From the NCBI RefSeq assembly GCF_009914755.1, contig NC_060930.1: a stretch of DNA of 64,000 nt; one strand, written 5' to 3'. This document shows positions 17,144 through 29,952 of this stretch, piece by piece. Numbering within the stretch: the first letter of the stretch is position 1; the number at the start of each line of letters is the position of its first letter. The position numbers and the translations under genes are program-made. Below the pieces are notes generated by a model. The model had not been told where the DNA came from, searched no databases, and worked only from the letters and a program-made list of their open reading frames with translations. This DNA comes from the human T2T-CHM13v2.0 reference genome, Homo sapiens.

Positions 17144-18149
17144 TCATTCTTGACGAGAAGTGTGAAAGCAAGAGAAGAGATCAGGACATGGAAGATGGAG
17201 GGCTTCTCCACTCCTGAAGAGGGCCGCTTCATGCCTCGATGTTAGGGGTCACAGGTTCGATTCCCCAAGATCAGACAAACCCACAAGGCAAACGTCAGTA
17301 TTAGGACCATTCCCAAGAGAAAGGCAGATGTCTTTTGTATCATTTAGTGTATTGGATTTTGCATGAAATTTCTATATGCTGCTTGGGAATGTAATATCTG
17401 ATTAAGAATACACAGCTGAGGAAAGTAGTAGGAAAGAGAAGATTTTTTGTGTTTGTTGTCATTTCATATTACAATTACTTTCTATTCCTTTCAGCACAAA
17501 CTAAATGAGCAGGAAGAGGCAGCAAAAAGCGTACAATGTATTTGTGGGAATTGTAAATGTGGAAGTGAAGACCAGCCTCTGATTTATCAAAGATCATTAA
17601 ATGAATTAAAACTTTTCCAAATTTCACCTTCAGAAGGTCATCATAGCAAACAAACCTCAGTTTGCAAGGCCAGTTTTAAAGAAGGCAGAACCCAGCAAAG
17701 CAAGCGTTTCAGGCTCTGAATAACGCTCAAATTCATCACAAACGTGCTGGGAATTTAAAAAGGAAGTTTGTGTTCTCATTGATTACATAACTAATAATTT
17801 TATGAAGCCTGTTTAAAATACTGATTTTTAAAACAGTGGTTATAATGTCAACTGGTTACACAGTGTCCATTTGTGACAATAAATGAAAAAGTGTAAGCAA
17901 GCGTGTGCTTGTGTGTGTTTACAAATGAGACTATCTTTGCCAGTGGACCGTTCCAATATGAAAAACATCCATACATTGTATTATGTAAACACAATCAAGG
18001 GGACCCATCATACCAGTGGTGGATGTGTAACCTGTATTTTCTTGGCACATAAGGTTCCACCAAGACTTCGATCTTCACAACATTACAGCTCCGAGCTGTC
18101 CCACGTCCCACCAGACCCTGTCCCCTTCTCTCCACTCATCCAGCGCGCC

Positions 18150-18165
18150 CACATGCGCGCGCGCG

Positions 18166-18223
<58 letters not shown>
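18150..18223. repeat. Compound (GC)6/(AC)27 microsatellite, perfect purine-pyrimidine alternation
   Basis: cacatgcgcgcgcgcgcat followed by (ac)27 g, read directly. Confidence 0.98.
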
Positions 18224-18224
<1 letters not shown>

Positions 18225-18303
18225 GACTCAAGAGACAGTACACTCGGGAGATGAGTACAGCTTGCTTCTCTGCGGTCACCCGAGCACTGCAGGCTCACTT
18301 TAC

Positions 18304-18406
18304 CTCTCGCCCAGGGAGGATGCCGGCTGCCGCTGCCCTCCGTCTCCACGGCTGTCCCCTTCTGGTTCAGCAGACTGGGGCCCTCGGTGTTTTCAACAGG
18401 TACCAT
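18304..18406 (-). CDS. SLC2A12: SLC2A12 (GLUT12, facilitative glucose transporter 12), coding part of exon 1 (103 nt, phase-1 intron follows)
   Basis: Translates [34 protein letters not shown](G), recognised as the human GLUT12 N-terminus; strong Kozak gaccATGG; ends at donor GAG|GTAAAG; lies in a CpG-rich region. Confidence 0.97.
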
Positions 18407-18700
18407 GGTCACGTAGAAGTTACAGCCGCTTCCCCGCCACCAAACCGCCCCGACCACCCCCGCTCCCAGGAGTGGTCACTTTCCCCATAATAGCATGCTA
18501 AAGAAGAGTGTGGGGAAAAACTTCGGGCAAAGCTAATGTGATTTGTGACCAACTTTGTTTCTATTTCCGAAGGCTTTGCCCTTTTCGGTGACACAGGCTG
18601 TTGCTATTCCAAGCAGCCTATCACAGGCAGGGGGAGGGCCGTGAGTCAGAGGATTGTTTTTGCCTTTAGATGCAGAGTTGGAAGCAAGGGGTTAAAAGAA
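18407..18700 (-). promoter_or_regulatory. SLC2A12: SLC2A12 5' UTR and proximal promoter (exact TSS not determinable from sequence)
   Basis: CpG-enriched from about 18090 to 18640; GC boxes (CCGCCCC about 18445, GGGGAGGG about 18631); AP-1 TGAGTCA at 18642-18648; immediately upstream of the ATG. Confidence 0.75.
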
Positions 18701-19451
18701 AGGGAACTCAGACGGAGTGTTTGGCCATTAGCTAAGGGTAGCTCTTGTATTCTAGCACCTTTGAAAAGAGGCAGAGAAAGGAAACATGCAGATTTAAATG
18801 CAAGCTGAGAGTGGGGATAGAATACTCACAGATGGTATCAGTTAATCTTGCAGAAAGAGGAACAATTTATGCAAAGACATACCAGAAGGAAAAGTGTGTC
18901 AATTTTTCAGCAAGACTGTTATTCCAAAAGTCATGGTATTTACCAGCTTACACAAAGCATAAAATACCTTTATTGTTTCAACCTGATTTTGATCTAGGTA
19001 AAGGCCTATATCTTTCTCTCCAAGGCCTTTCAGATAAATCACAGCCTGAGACCAAAAATACACAAACTCAGAATGCACAGATTCTTTAGACTTTTTATAT
19101 GCTGAGGTTATAGCAAAGTAATCCATTTCTTAATGCAGAATTGTCTTTAAGAGACAAATTAACACTGAATCCTCTGTTAGGTTTCATGTTTGCCTAGGTA
19201 GGAGGAGGATACTCCTCACTCAGAGAGGCCAGACTAAGTGGCCCATTGTGTGCGTGTGGTGGACATGTAATCTCAAACAAAATCAGGTCATGAGAGAGGA
19301 TCTTTTTCTGATTTGTGAACATATTTATAAAAAAGTCTTACAGGGTTATGACATTTTACCTTCAGTTATTCATTCAACAAATCATGTTTATTAAAAAAAA
19401 AAAAGCCTTATAGAGGAAATTGAGATCATCTTAAAAATCATTTGGAATAAA

Positions 19452-19640
19452 AACTAACATGTATGGAGCACTTATGTGCCAGAAATTGTGCTAAGCGCAA
19501 TAACGCAGATGATGACTTTGAGGCAGGTACCAACATTATAGAAGAGGAAATGGAGGTTGGGTAACTTGGCTACAGTCTCACAGCTAATCAGTGGTAGAGC
19601 TGAGATTATGAATCCAGGAGGTCTAAAGCTGTAACTCTCC
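19452..19640 (-). mobile_element. MIR
   Basis: gaggaaatggagg...taacttggctacagtctcacagctaatcagtggtagagctgagatt. Confidence 0.7.
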
Positions 19641-20719
19641 TATATTCTAACTTCCCAGCCTTGTCCTTCTCTAATTTTCTTGGCTTCCTATGGTTTCAGA
19701 CCTACTCGACTTTAAGAAGATGCCGTGAAATATGGCTTTTAGTCATAGGCATTTCTCTGGACAGAAAAACAAATTTGTGCTTGTATAAGCAGAAGCTAAA
19801 TTTTTGTTACTTCTTTTCAACATTTTAACTGAATCACTTCAAAGTTCTAAATTCACTTATTTGTACATTTCCTTTGCTTGTCATTAAATAATTCTATATT
19901 TTTCTTATCTTTCAGGGAAACAGGTAGCAAATGGAAACAAACCTATAATAATTCAACTAGTCTTTATTATGTACCCGTTGTATGTCTGCTGATAGTGCTA
20001 GAAAATGGAAGTCCTCCAGGCATAATCCAGGCCCCTTATGATTAAGAGGGTGAGAAGTTCAGAATCCCACACATCAGTGTCCCCACTAAAGAATGTGTAA
20101 CGCAACCATGGTTTGAAACAACTCATTTTATTTGTTCCCAGGGTGCATTATAATTATATAGGAGTCCCAGTTTCTATCTGTGAGACACATATGTTTCCCA
20201 TAAGTTCTCTATATTCTCTTGGCTTCTAACTTCTTTCTGCTCAGAACCAATGACCTCATTAGGGGGAAAATGTTCTTGCAATGGGTTAGTTGTATCATTG
20301 CTTTGTTTCGTGATCCCACAACCTGTGTTTCTAGCAGCTTCTTGGCCCCATGGGAGTGTTAGAGTGTTTGCTATAGTACTTGACTAGACAGAAGACAAAA
20401 CTAATTCCAGAATACTTTACTATGGTTAAAAGCAGTTCAACAGTTCTCACTCTGTTTTGTGTAGCCAAACCATACAGGAGATCCACAGGCATAGTAAGCC
20501 AACCAGGAGTCAAAAAGAATGCTCAGCAATGCAACTGACAACATCACCTCCTGGTGCTCCTAATTCTGTTCTTTATTCTGCTGGTGACCTGACCGGGGCC
20601 ACTGGCTATCTCAAGCTCTGTTTGTACTTACCTCAATCTCTTAACTCAGAGAAAAGTTTAGGGGAGAAAATTTTTTTCACCCAGACTAGAGGGGGGAAAC
20701 TCTGCCTCAATTCTGTTAC

Positions 20720-21070
20720 GAACCCTGTACTTCTCCTTCCCAGCCTTTTGCACACCATAATGTATTTAATACAGTTAAATGCGGTGATTCAATTAAATCT
20801 GCCTTTTCTGCTAGATTGCAAACTCTATGAGAGTATGGACTATGTTTGTTTAGTTTATTATAGTATTCTGCGTGTCTGGCACTCAGCAAATACTCAGTAA
20901 GTATTTGCTGGCTGACAGACTGATCCCTGTAAATCCAATAAACTTTAGCAACACTAGAATGTATGCTCCAAGAGGGCAGGCACCTATTTCTATCTTGCAC
21001 ATTCGTCCAGCTCCTAACACAATGCCAGGCATGCAGTAGACACTTAATAAATATTTGTTAGATAAATGAG
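20720..21070 (+). mobile_element. Two L2 3' end fragments
   Basis: ctagattgcaaactctatgagag... and ctagaatgtatgctccaagagggcagg...aataaatatttgtt. Confidence 0.65.
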
Positions 21071-21799
21071 TGCTCACAAATAGAGCTTTTAGTGACTAAA
21101 TAACTATTTAGTTTTTAAATATTAAAATCCATATGATGATTGCCTATGACATTTTGTCCTTCCTCTCTGTTTCTGCCAATTCCTTTAGACCAAGTATAAC
21201 CACAGGCTATCCATCTTCCCTGGAGTTTGAGCCACTTCCATTATTAAAATCTGTTCCTCCACTCAAGGAATTCATAATCAGCAGACAGCAGACAGTTCAT
21301 TCTTCATAACCCCAATAATTTTGCTACATACCACTTTGGACCACTGCTCATAGGCAATGCTACCAAATCCAAAAACACCTATCCTGACTTATAAACTGGC
21401 ACAGCGGGGAAGAGGGGATGAAAGACAAGCAGCTTCACAGGGCTCGTAAACATCTACCATAGAGCATGCCTATTTTCATGGCAATTTTTTAAAAGCTTCA
21501 CAAAAACCTTGTGAAGTAAATACCGTTACTTCCATTTTGCAGAAACTGAAACCGAGAAGTTTATGAAACATTTCTAAGATCAAAACATTTTCCAATGTTG
21601 AATTATAAAAATTTGAATCCCACAGGAAAACCTACACTCGACATTTTACCATGCTTGCTCATTCACATCTATATATAACAATTCTTCCATCCATCAGTCG
21701 ATCCGTATTAGTTTTTATACATATCAAAGTAAGTTGAAATACTTCAGAATGCATATTATTAAATAGAGTTCAATACTAGGTTCTTTTTTTCAAGACAAA

Positions 21800-22125
21800 A
21801 AAGCTCCAGAAGCAACCAATTTTCTGATATTTTTCCACATAGATTACCTTTGCTTGTTCTAAACCTTAATTCATATAATGGAACCACAGAGAATGCAGCC
21901 TTGTGTAAGGAGTCTTTCACTGAGCATAGTTTTGATATCCATCCATGTTTTTATGTATATTAGTAGTTCATTTTGTTTATTGCTGAATAGTGTTATATGG
22001 GTGAATAAACCACAGTTTATCCATTTTCCTATTGATGGACATCTGGGCTGTTTCCAATTCTTTGCTATTACACATAAAACTGTTATGAGCACTCTTGCAC
22101 AAGTCTTTTTATGCAGAACATAACA
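21800..22125 (-). mobile_element. Old L1 (L1MB/ME-like) ORF2 3' end and 3' UTR fragment
   Basis: Minus-strand ORF KKTCARVLITVLCVIAKNWKQPRCPSIGKWIN resembles the L1 ORF2 C-terminus. Confidence 0.8.
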
Positions 22126-24161
22126 TTTCAGAGCACAGCAGTTCAAGTCCATTTGATTCCAAAACCCAAATGCTTTTCACTACACCGTATTGTTTCCCTG
22201 CAGTGCACCCTGCAGTGCACATTGATGTGGAATGCACCTTCTACAATGGTTCATTACAGTGTAAACACAAATGGGAAAATATGGTCTTTATGCAAACAAA
22301 AAAATTCCAAATACAAATTCACTTCTTGTTTAGCCTAATTGCAATAAAATATTCATCTTGGTATGATTGTTTGGAAGGATGTTTATTATTTCACTGTTTA
22401 TACTATCTAAATAACTTCTCTATCTGAAAGTTTTCATTATGACTTCTTTCCTTAGGTGTAGAATATTATCACTCATAACATGTTGATTAAAGTTCCTCAA
22501 ATTACAAAGTAAGTGTGGTTAAATTTATTATGGTATGTTCACTTGATATAACGTGATAAATCATTAAAAGAAAGACAATGTAGCAATGCAAGAAAATGTT
22601 TTTCCAATTATTTTAAGTGGGAGAATCAAAGTGGCATACAGAAAGTTGCATACTCATTACTATTACAATACTTTCTTAAAATATATGCGCCTATTGGTAG
22701 AGACTGGAAGGAAACTTGGAACAACTGAAAATAACTAATAGGTTGAGGTGGTAAATCATGTGTAAAAAGTACTGTCTTAAAAGTTGTTTGCTTAATGCTT
22801 CTATCAGATTGTATATATAATAAATATAAATTTGAAGAAAACTTCTTCATACTTAGGGCTGCCATATACCATTGTGCAATTTGGACACAGTACAACTCTA
22901 AGTGGGTCATTCTCATTTGCAGACAGCAGAAGTTTGCTAATTTATAAAGCAAATCTTCCAGAATATGACAATACTAACCTGAAGAAAGGGCAGCTTTTTC
23001 TAATTTGCTCAAAGGTACATTTGGGCAACTGATGGGGCTGTTCAAATTATCATCTCCCTTTAAATCACACCAATGTCATATCTATTAGTTTGGCCCATGT
23101 CTGTCTTTGTACTGCCCAGCTACGTGGAATGAGCACTGTTCTTCCTTTGATTAGCTATTTTTCCAAATAAAGTATTTTTAACTTAAAAATCTCTCTCAGT
23201 CCGATTGCCATGACCCTTGGATGGAGGGCATTAACAAAAAGCTGTTCAATGATTAAACCTTTCCTTGAGATTAACCTGCCTTTGATACCATGAAGTCAGA
23301 AAAAGTTGCTTGATCATACATGACAACAAGCAGTAGTTATTGGGTTGGGAACTCTGGTCTGCTTTCATTACATGTCCCTTGTTTGCCAGACAATAAGGAG
23401 GGCACTGCACAGAAAATGACTACTTTCCAAGTTTAAATAATCTGAATAACTCAGGGAAAATCTGGAGCAGAAAGCTTACTGAAATGCGAAACCTTGTGCT
23501 CAGCTTCTGAAGATGAACTCATTATATTTCAGCTCAGGTGGACATGTTAGAGCTTGTCACGGGCTTTTATTTTCTTCTAGGCTGCCCAGGATCAGAAGAT
23601 CCTTCCTGTGTTGGGAATCCCCCTCTGCAAGGAAGAACCTGTCTCCTAAACAGAAGCTGGAAAGGCCTGATACTCCCTTTTCTCTTAGGACCAGGCTCTG
23701 CCAAGCAGTTCATGCACCCTGGATTTTGCATCAGAAGCTGTAGCACAAAGTAGCAGGATCTACAGGCCCCACCTTCCAGTGAGGATGGTGGCAGTGGCTC
23801 TGGCCAAAATATTTAATGTCAGAGTTGCTAGATATACACTGTTAGGTATGTGCTCAGGGGTGGCTAGATTAGCTCAAAGCAGGATTTGGGGAGTTATTCT
23901 TGACTACAGTTTCCAAGTTGGAGTTGGTTTCTGTTGCTTTAAACCAAGAACTAGGAATGACACCAGACTCAACTAGATAAGTCCTTTTTCATGTGTGCAG
24001 AAGCAGATTAATCAGGAAGCTAATGAAGTTTAAGCTGCAGGGCCCCTCACCCACACCAGCCCTTCCAAGACCCTGGGAGGCACCCAGCAATGCATTTATA
24101 TAATGATATGTTTTGTAAAATTTGCTAAAATGAAATAACTGCAATCAGTTAAGACCACTAA

Positions 24162-24582
<421 letters not shown>

Positions 24583-25017
24583 GGTTTTGGTTTCTCATGG
24601 ATAGTTCACAAGCACTTAACTAATATAGAGTTAAGCCCTCACTAGCTCTCTTGGTATAGAAAAGACTTCCAGGAATTCTCTTGCTCCTCACTATGCCATC
24701 TCATGCCGTGCATATCCCACATTATCACTCACGTGGCACAAAGATGGAAAAGCACAGGGCTAGAGGCTATCTCTCAGTGTGAACTTGTCCTACAGCTCCC
24801 AGGGCCATGGCAGAGGGCCATGCTAGAGGACAGACTGGGTTCTTTTATTTTCTTTATATAGAAAGTAATGTCACAAAAAAATTGTGTTACAAAAAAAAGA
24901 TCAAAATGTGTGCAATCAAAAAATGAAGGGAAAAAAGTATTATGGAAGTGTATCAGGTAATTCCTGGATTATGCAATTTTTGTAATGCTTGGCAGCTTTT
25001 TATCATTTGTAATTTAC

Positions 25018-25320
25018 TGCCAGGCATGATAGCTCATGCCTGTAATCCCAGCACTTTGGGAGACCAAGACGGACAGATCGTTTGAGCCCAGGAGTTTGAA
25101 ACCAGCCTGGACAATATGGTGAAACTCTTTCTCTACAAAAAATACAAAAATTAGCTAGGCATGGTGGCACATGTCTGTAGTCCCAGCTGCTTGGGAGGCT
25201 GAGGTAGGATTGCCTGAGCCTGGGAGGCAGAGTTTTCAGTGAGCTGAGCTCATGCCACTGAGCTGAGATCACACCACTGTACCTCAGCCTGGGTGGCAGA
25301 GCTAGATAGACCCTGTCTAA
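25018..25320 (+). mobile_element. AluJ-like
   Basis: Alu dimer with a duplicated gagctgag segment. Confidence 0.88.
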
Positions 25321-25360
25321 ATTTTTTAAAAATTGTAATTTATCAAAATAAATATTCACC

Positions 25361-25654
25361 TTTTTTTTTTTTTTTTTTTGAGACAGAGTCTCACTCTGTC
25401 GCCCAGGCTGGAGTGCAGTGGTGTAATCTTGGCTTACTGCCAGCTCCCAGGTTCACGCCATTTTCCTGCCTCAGCCTCCCAAGTAGCTGGGACTGCAGTC
25501 ACCCGCCACCATGCCCGGCCAAATTTTTGTATTTTTAGTAGAGACAGGGTTTCACCATGTTAGCCAGGATGGTCTCGATCTCCTGACCTCGTGATCCGCC
25601 CGCCTCGGCCTCCCAAAAAGCTGGGATTACAGGTGTGAGCCACTGCACCTGGCC
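25361..25654 (-). mobile_element. AluY-like
   Basis: ttcacgccatt and ttagccaggatggtctcgatctcctgacctcgtgatccg diagnostics. Confidence 0.88.
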
Positions 25655-25769
25655 TGTATTCTTATTTTTTAAAACAGAGCCCCCAAATTTTATAAACATC
25701 AGGCCCCACAAAACTTGGTTCTGCCCCTATGAATATGTTGGAGAAGTATAGTTCTTTCCAGATGACCAT

Positions 25770-26200
25770 GTTTACTAAAAACCTTGTACCTCCATTCAGT
25801 CCTCCTCATCCCCATTACCACCCTCTAAATCCGGGCCACCTTATAATCTCCCACGGGAAGAGCTGCAATAGCCTCTAACAGGTCTTCCTGTGGGCATTCT
25901 TGCTTTCCTAAGCCCATTCTCCACAGTGGTGCCAAGATTTTTTCTAAAATCTAAATACTTAAATGGCTTTCAGTTGTTTTAAACTTTTCTCCAACTTCTA
26001 GTTGTTCTTAGGGTTGATCTAAATTTCTTCATGAGGCTTAAAATGCCCCACAGGGTCTTGCATGGGCTGATCCCTCCAGGTCCATCTCTTGCCACTTCCT
26101 GACTCGACCTCTGCAATCTGGTCCCATCATGAACTATATGGTGGAGATGCCAATCATCGCCTCCTTGACCTGATATTCTTTTAGACAGTCTTGTCTCACA
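25770..26200 (+). mobile_element. L2 fragment
   Basis: ctgcaatagcctctaacaggtcttcctg...ccattctccacag motifs. Confidence 0.6.
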
Positions 26201-27078
26201 CTTTATTGTGGTTCCCATCTCCCCACCCGCTCCTGTCCCCCACCAGCCTCCAGCAAAATTAAATTAACCAGGAGTAGATGTCTCATGCTCAGGGAGCCGA
26301 TAGGACAGGCTAGGGTCCTCTCTTTCAGATCCTTTTTCTCTCTGATTAGGTTAGGGGTTGTTATATCAATTGTAGTTCAGTGCAGGAACTTCAAGTAGGA
26401 AGAAATTTAGCACAGAGAATTGGGTGCTTATATTTTCACTGGAAAGCCTGAAAGATTCCAAGCATTCAGGAATGACTCCCAGAATAATACAGAGCTGACT
26501 CATCAGCTGGGCTCCTACATCTGAGCTGCCCAATGGAGCCATGAGTTCAGGAATGCATTGTTTAAACCCAGAGAGCAGACCATTTCTGCTCCCATACCTG
26601 CATTCTCTAGGAAGCTATAGATACTGGAATGTCACCTCAGGAAAATCTCGTATCTGCCTGATTCCCTAGGATAGCAGAAACTCCCCAAAGAGGAAAACAA
26701 AAAGAAAACAAACACACTCCCTTCATATTCATCTTCGTGCAGGTGCATCTAACTGATATCTACACCCCTACTGCAAGGAAACCTGGGAAATGTAGCTTTC
26801 TAATCAATCTCTCCAGTGGGAGGGAAGGCAGGATGGAAGTTGAGAGGGCCACGCTGCTGTATCCGGCATCATAGTGAATGTTTGTGTCAATAGATCATAT
26901 GAGCTGGGGCTTCAGGTCTGGGCCCTAGCAGGCCAAAGCTGAAGTTGTAATAGCAGGAGCAAAAGGGACATGCATAATAAAAGAAGCGTGAGTGCTGGAC
27001 AATGGAAACTCACAGAATGAAGCAGAAGCAGGACTCTATGGCCCCACGACAAGGGTCTTGGCTTTGGGTTTTCTGTGA

Positions 27079-27402
<324 letters not shown>

Positions 27403-27829
27403 CTGGCTGTGTTTTACACTTGCCCTTCTATGCTGAGGGACTGACTGATATCCTCTTTTCTATCCCCGCTCACTCCCTATCCATCCCCATTTGCAAGGCA
27501 CTTCTGTCTTCTCTGACCTTCCCTCCCCCGGGGCTGGGCCAAGTGCTCTCCTCTCTGCTCCCAGGGCACATATTGCTCTCACAGACGGAGCATTAAACAG
27601 AGAGTGCTGTGATAATTCACTAATCTGTTTTCCCTATTAGTGTGTCAACACCATGAGCACAAGGTCGTGATCACCTTGTTCATACTCCTTCAGAGTTTGG
27701 CATGGTGTCTGAAACCTTGAGTTGCTCACTAAATATGTATTTAAAGAAATCCAGGAGAAAAGGAGGAAGAAGAAAAGGGTATACACAATCAAACTTCTGA
27801 TCAACCTTATGTTGTTTCATTGCAGCATC

Positions 27830-28050
27830 CTTTTGAAAGTAGGTTCTAGGCCTAGTCTTGGTTCTAATTCTGGCTGTACCACTTACAAGCTCTAGAACCT
27901 CTTTAATGCCTCAGTTTCCTTTTTTCTAATAGATAAGGACAACAATAGCAGCCATCTCATAAGCTTCTTGTGATGATTAAATGAATTAATATATAGAAAG
28001 TAATTAGAACAGTATCTGACCATAGTCATCTGCAATAAATGATAGCTGTT
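27830..28050 (+). mobile_element. MIR
   Basis: gcctcagtttcc...gattaaatgaattaatatatagaaagtaattagaacagt. Confidence 0.7.
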
Positions 28051-28102
28051 GCTGCATCCAAGGGACTCCATAGAAGTATATAGTAATAATAGAAAAAATG
28101 CT

Positions 28103-28430
<328 letters not shown>

Positions 28431-29933
28431 TCAGGAGTAAGAGAATATAAATTCTAATGTTGGAACTTTATTATCCATGACTTTGGGCAAGTCTTATAAT
28501 CCCTTTAGGTCCAGTTTCATCATCTCTAACACAGGGAGACATATACTTGCCTCATACAAAGCTGTCAACTGCTTGCCCAGAAGCAAAGCTTTCTCCTCTT
28601 GGCAATATTCCTGTAATTTTTTTATCAGGGTCAGGGCAGGGGGGATTGCATATTGCATGCGGATTTGATGTACTTGTCAATTAATGTTTACCACTCTCTA
28701 CCTGCAATGACAATTAGATACTCTATCCCTAAAATGTTAGTCTTGAGAGGTAGCATTAGACTACACCCGAATAGAACAGCCATTCCCAATGGCAGAACTC
28801 AAAAAAGACCATCTATTTATCAGTTTCTATGTCATGTTTCTCCTGAGCTATTCTGTTTTTTCCCCGAGACAGTTCTTCTTATTTCAGTTCTATGAACCAA
28901 AGGCCAAGCAACAAATTCATTTTTAGCTAGTGTTACCCAGAGTGCAAAGATTCCCTAACATAAACTCTCTCAAAGGATTTTAGTTAAGAGAAAATCAGTT
29001 GAAGTATTTGAAAACATCTTAAAAACTATTAAGGTGCTATATAAATATGAACCGTTCACCAAGGCAACAGCAACAGCAACTGTAGAAGAGAATCAAGTTA
29101 ATGCTTAGTCCATTTGTTTATCCATTCAAACCATGCTCTCCCTTTCTAAATAAGGATAGAAGCAGCATATGACAGGAGACTGGCAACTGAAACAGTGGTG
29201 AAAAACCAGAAAGGTCCAGGCATCTCTAGTTACAATAGCATGGCCTGACTCAGCATTTCATAGAGGCCCATACACAACTGGAGCCCCCTGGTGAGATCTT
29301 TTAACTCCCAGGTGAAAATCTGGGGGCTGCCCTTACCTCCCAGGAGTGGTGAGATAGCTGCCAGGAGAAGAAAGTGCAAGTGTAAAGGATTGAGGTATAT
29401 TTCCATTCTTCAAGCTCCATCTTCAGAGAGGCTACTCCATGAAATGGCATTTGTCAAAGTTGCGATCCTTCTCTCCCTGTTGGGAAAGAGAGCCGATACT
29501 GGAAAGCTGAGAGAATCAGCTTCAGCATGAAAATAGGACGGGACTTGCTAGGACAGAGCTTCCAAACTCATCTTCTGCAGAGCTTGTATGACCACTGAGA
29601 TGTTAATAGATATTCTGTGGAATTAAAAAATGAGGAGGCTGTTTCATCATTCAAAAAGTTTTGAGAAATTCTTCACATTATATGCTGTTCTCAGGACATA
29701 AAAAAAGTTTCATGTCTAAGAAATTTTGCTGTATACATGTGTAAACAGTTTTAGCGTAGATTTCCTCGCACTTTTAAATTTTGGATTCTTAATTTCCCTG
29801 TCCCCCCTGCCCCCCCCCCAAAAAAAACCTGCTAACGTTTAAACGAACACAGTTTGGGAAATCTGCGTTAAGTCCTTCGTGGGAGTGGGGTTGCTCAGCT
29901 CACAGTAGGCCACGAACCTGAATTTTCTCTTGT

Positions 29934-29952
29934 CTGCTGCCCCCTTTTGATA
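29934..29952 (-). promoter_or_regulatory. Candidate CTCF site (reverse orientation)
   Basis: Minus strand TATCAAAAGGGGGCAGCAG fits the CTCF core with mismatches at the 5' end. Confidence 0.45.

Noticed and set aside
17230-17290. tRNA gene around the B-box
   Set aside because: No A-box, acceptor stem or cloverleaf can be formed
18083-18457. 124-aa ORF as a complete protein
   Set aside because: Only 18406-18304 is coding; the upstream part starts at a non-ATG codon and the downstream part reads through the donor into the (TG)n repeat
18526-18581. Inverted repeat GGGCAAAGC / GCTTTGCCC near the TSS
   Set aside because: Only 9 bp with a spacer of about 38 nt; expected by chance
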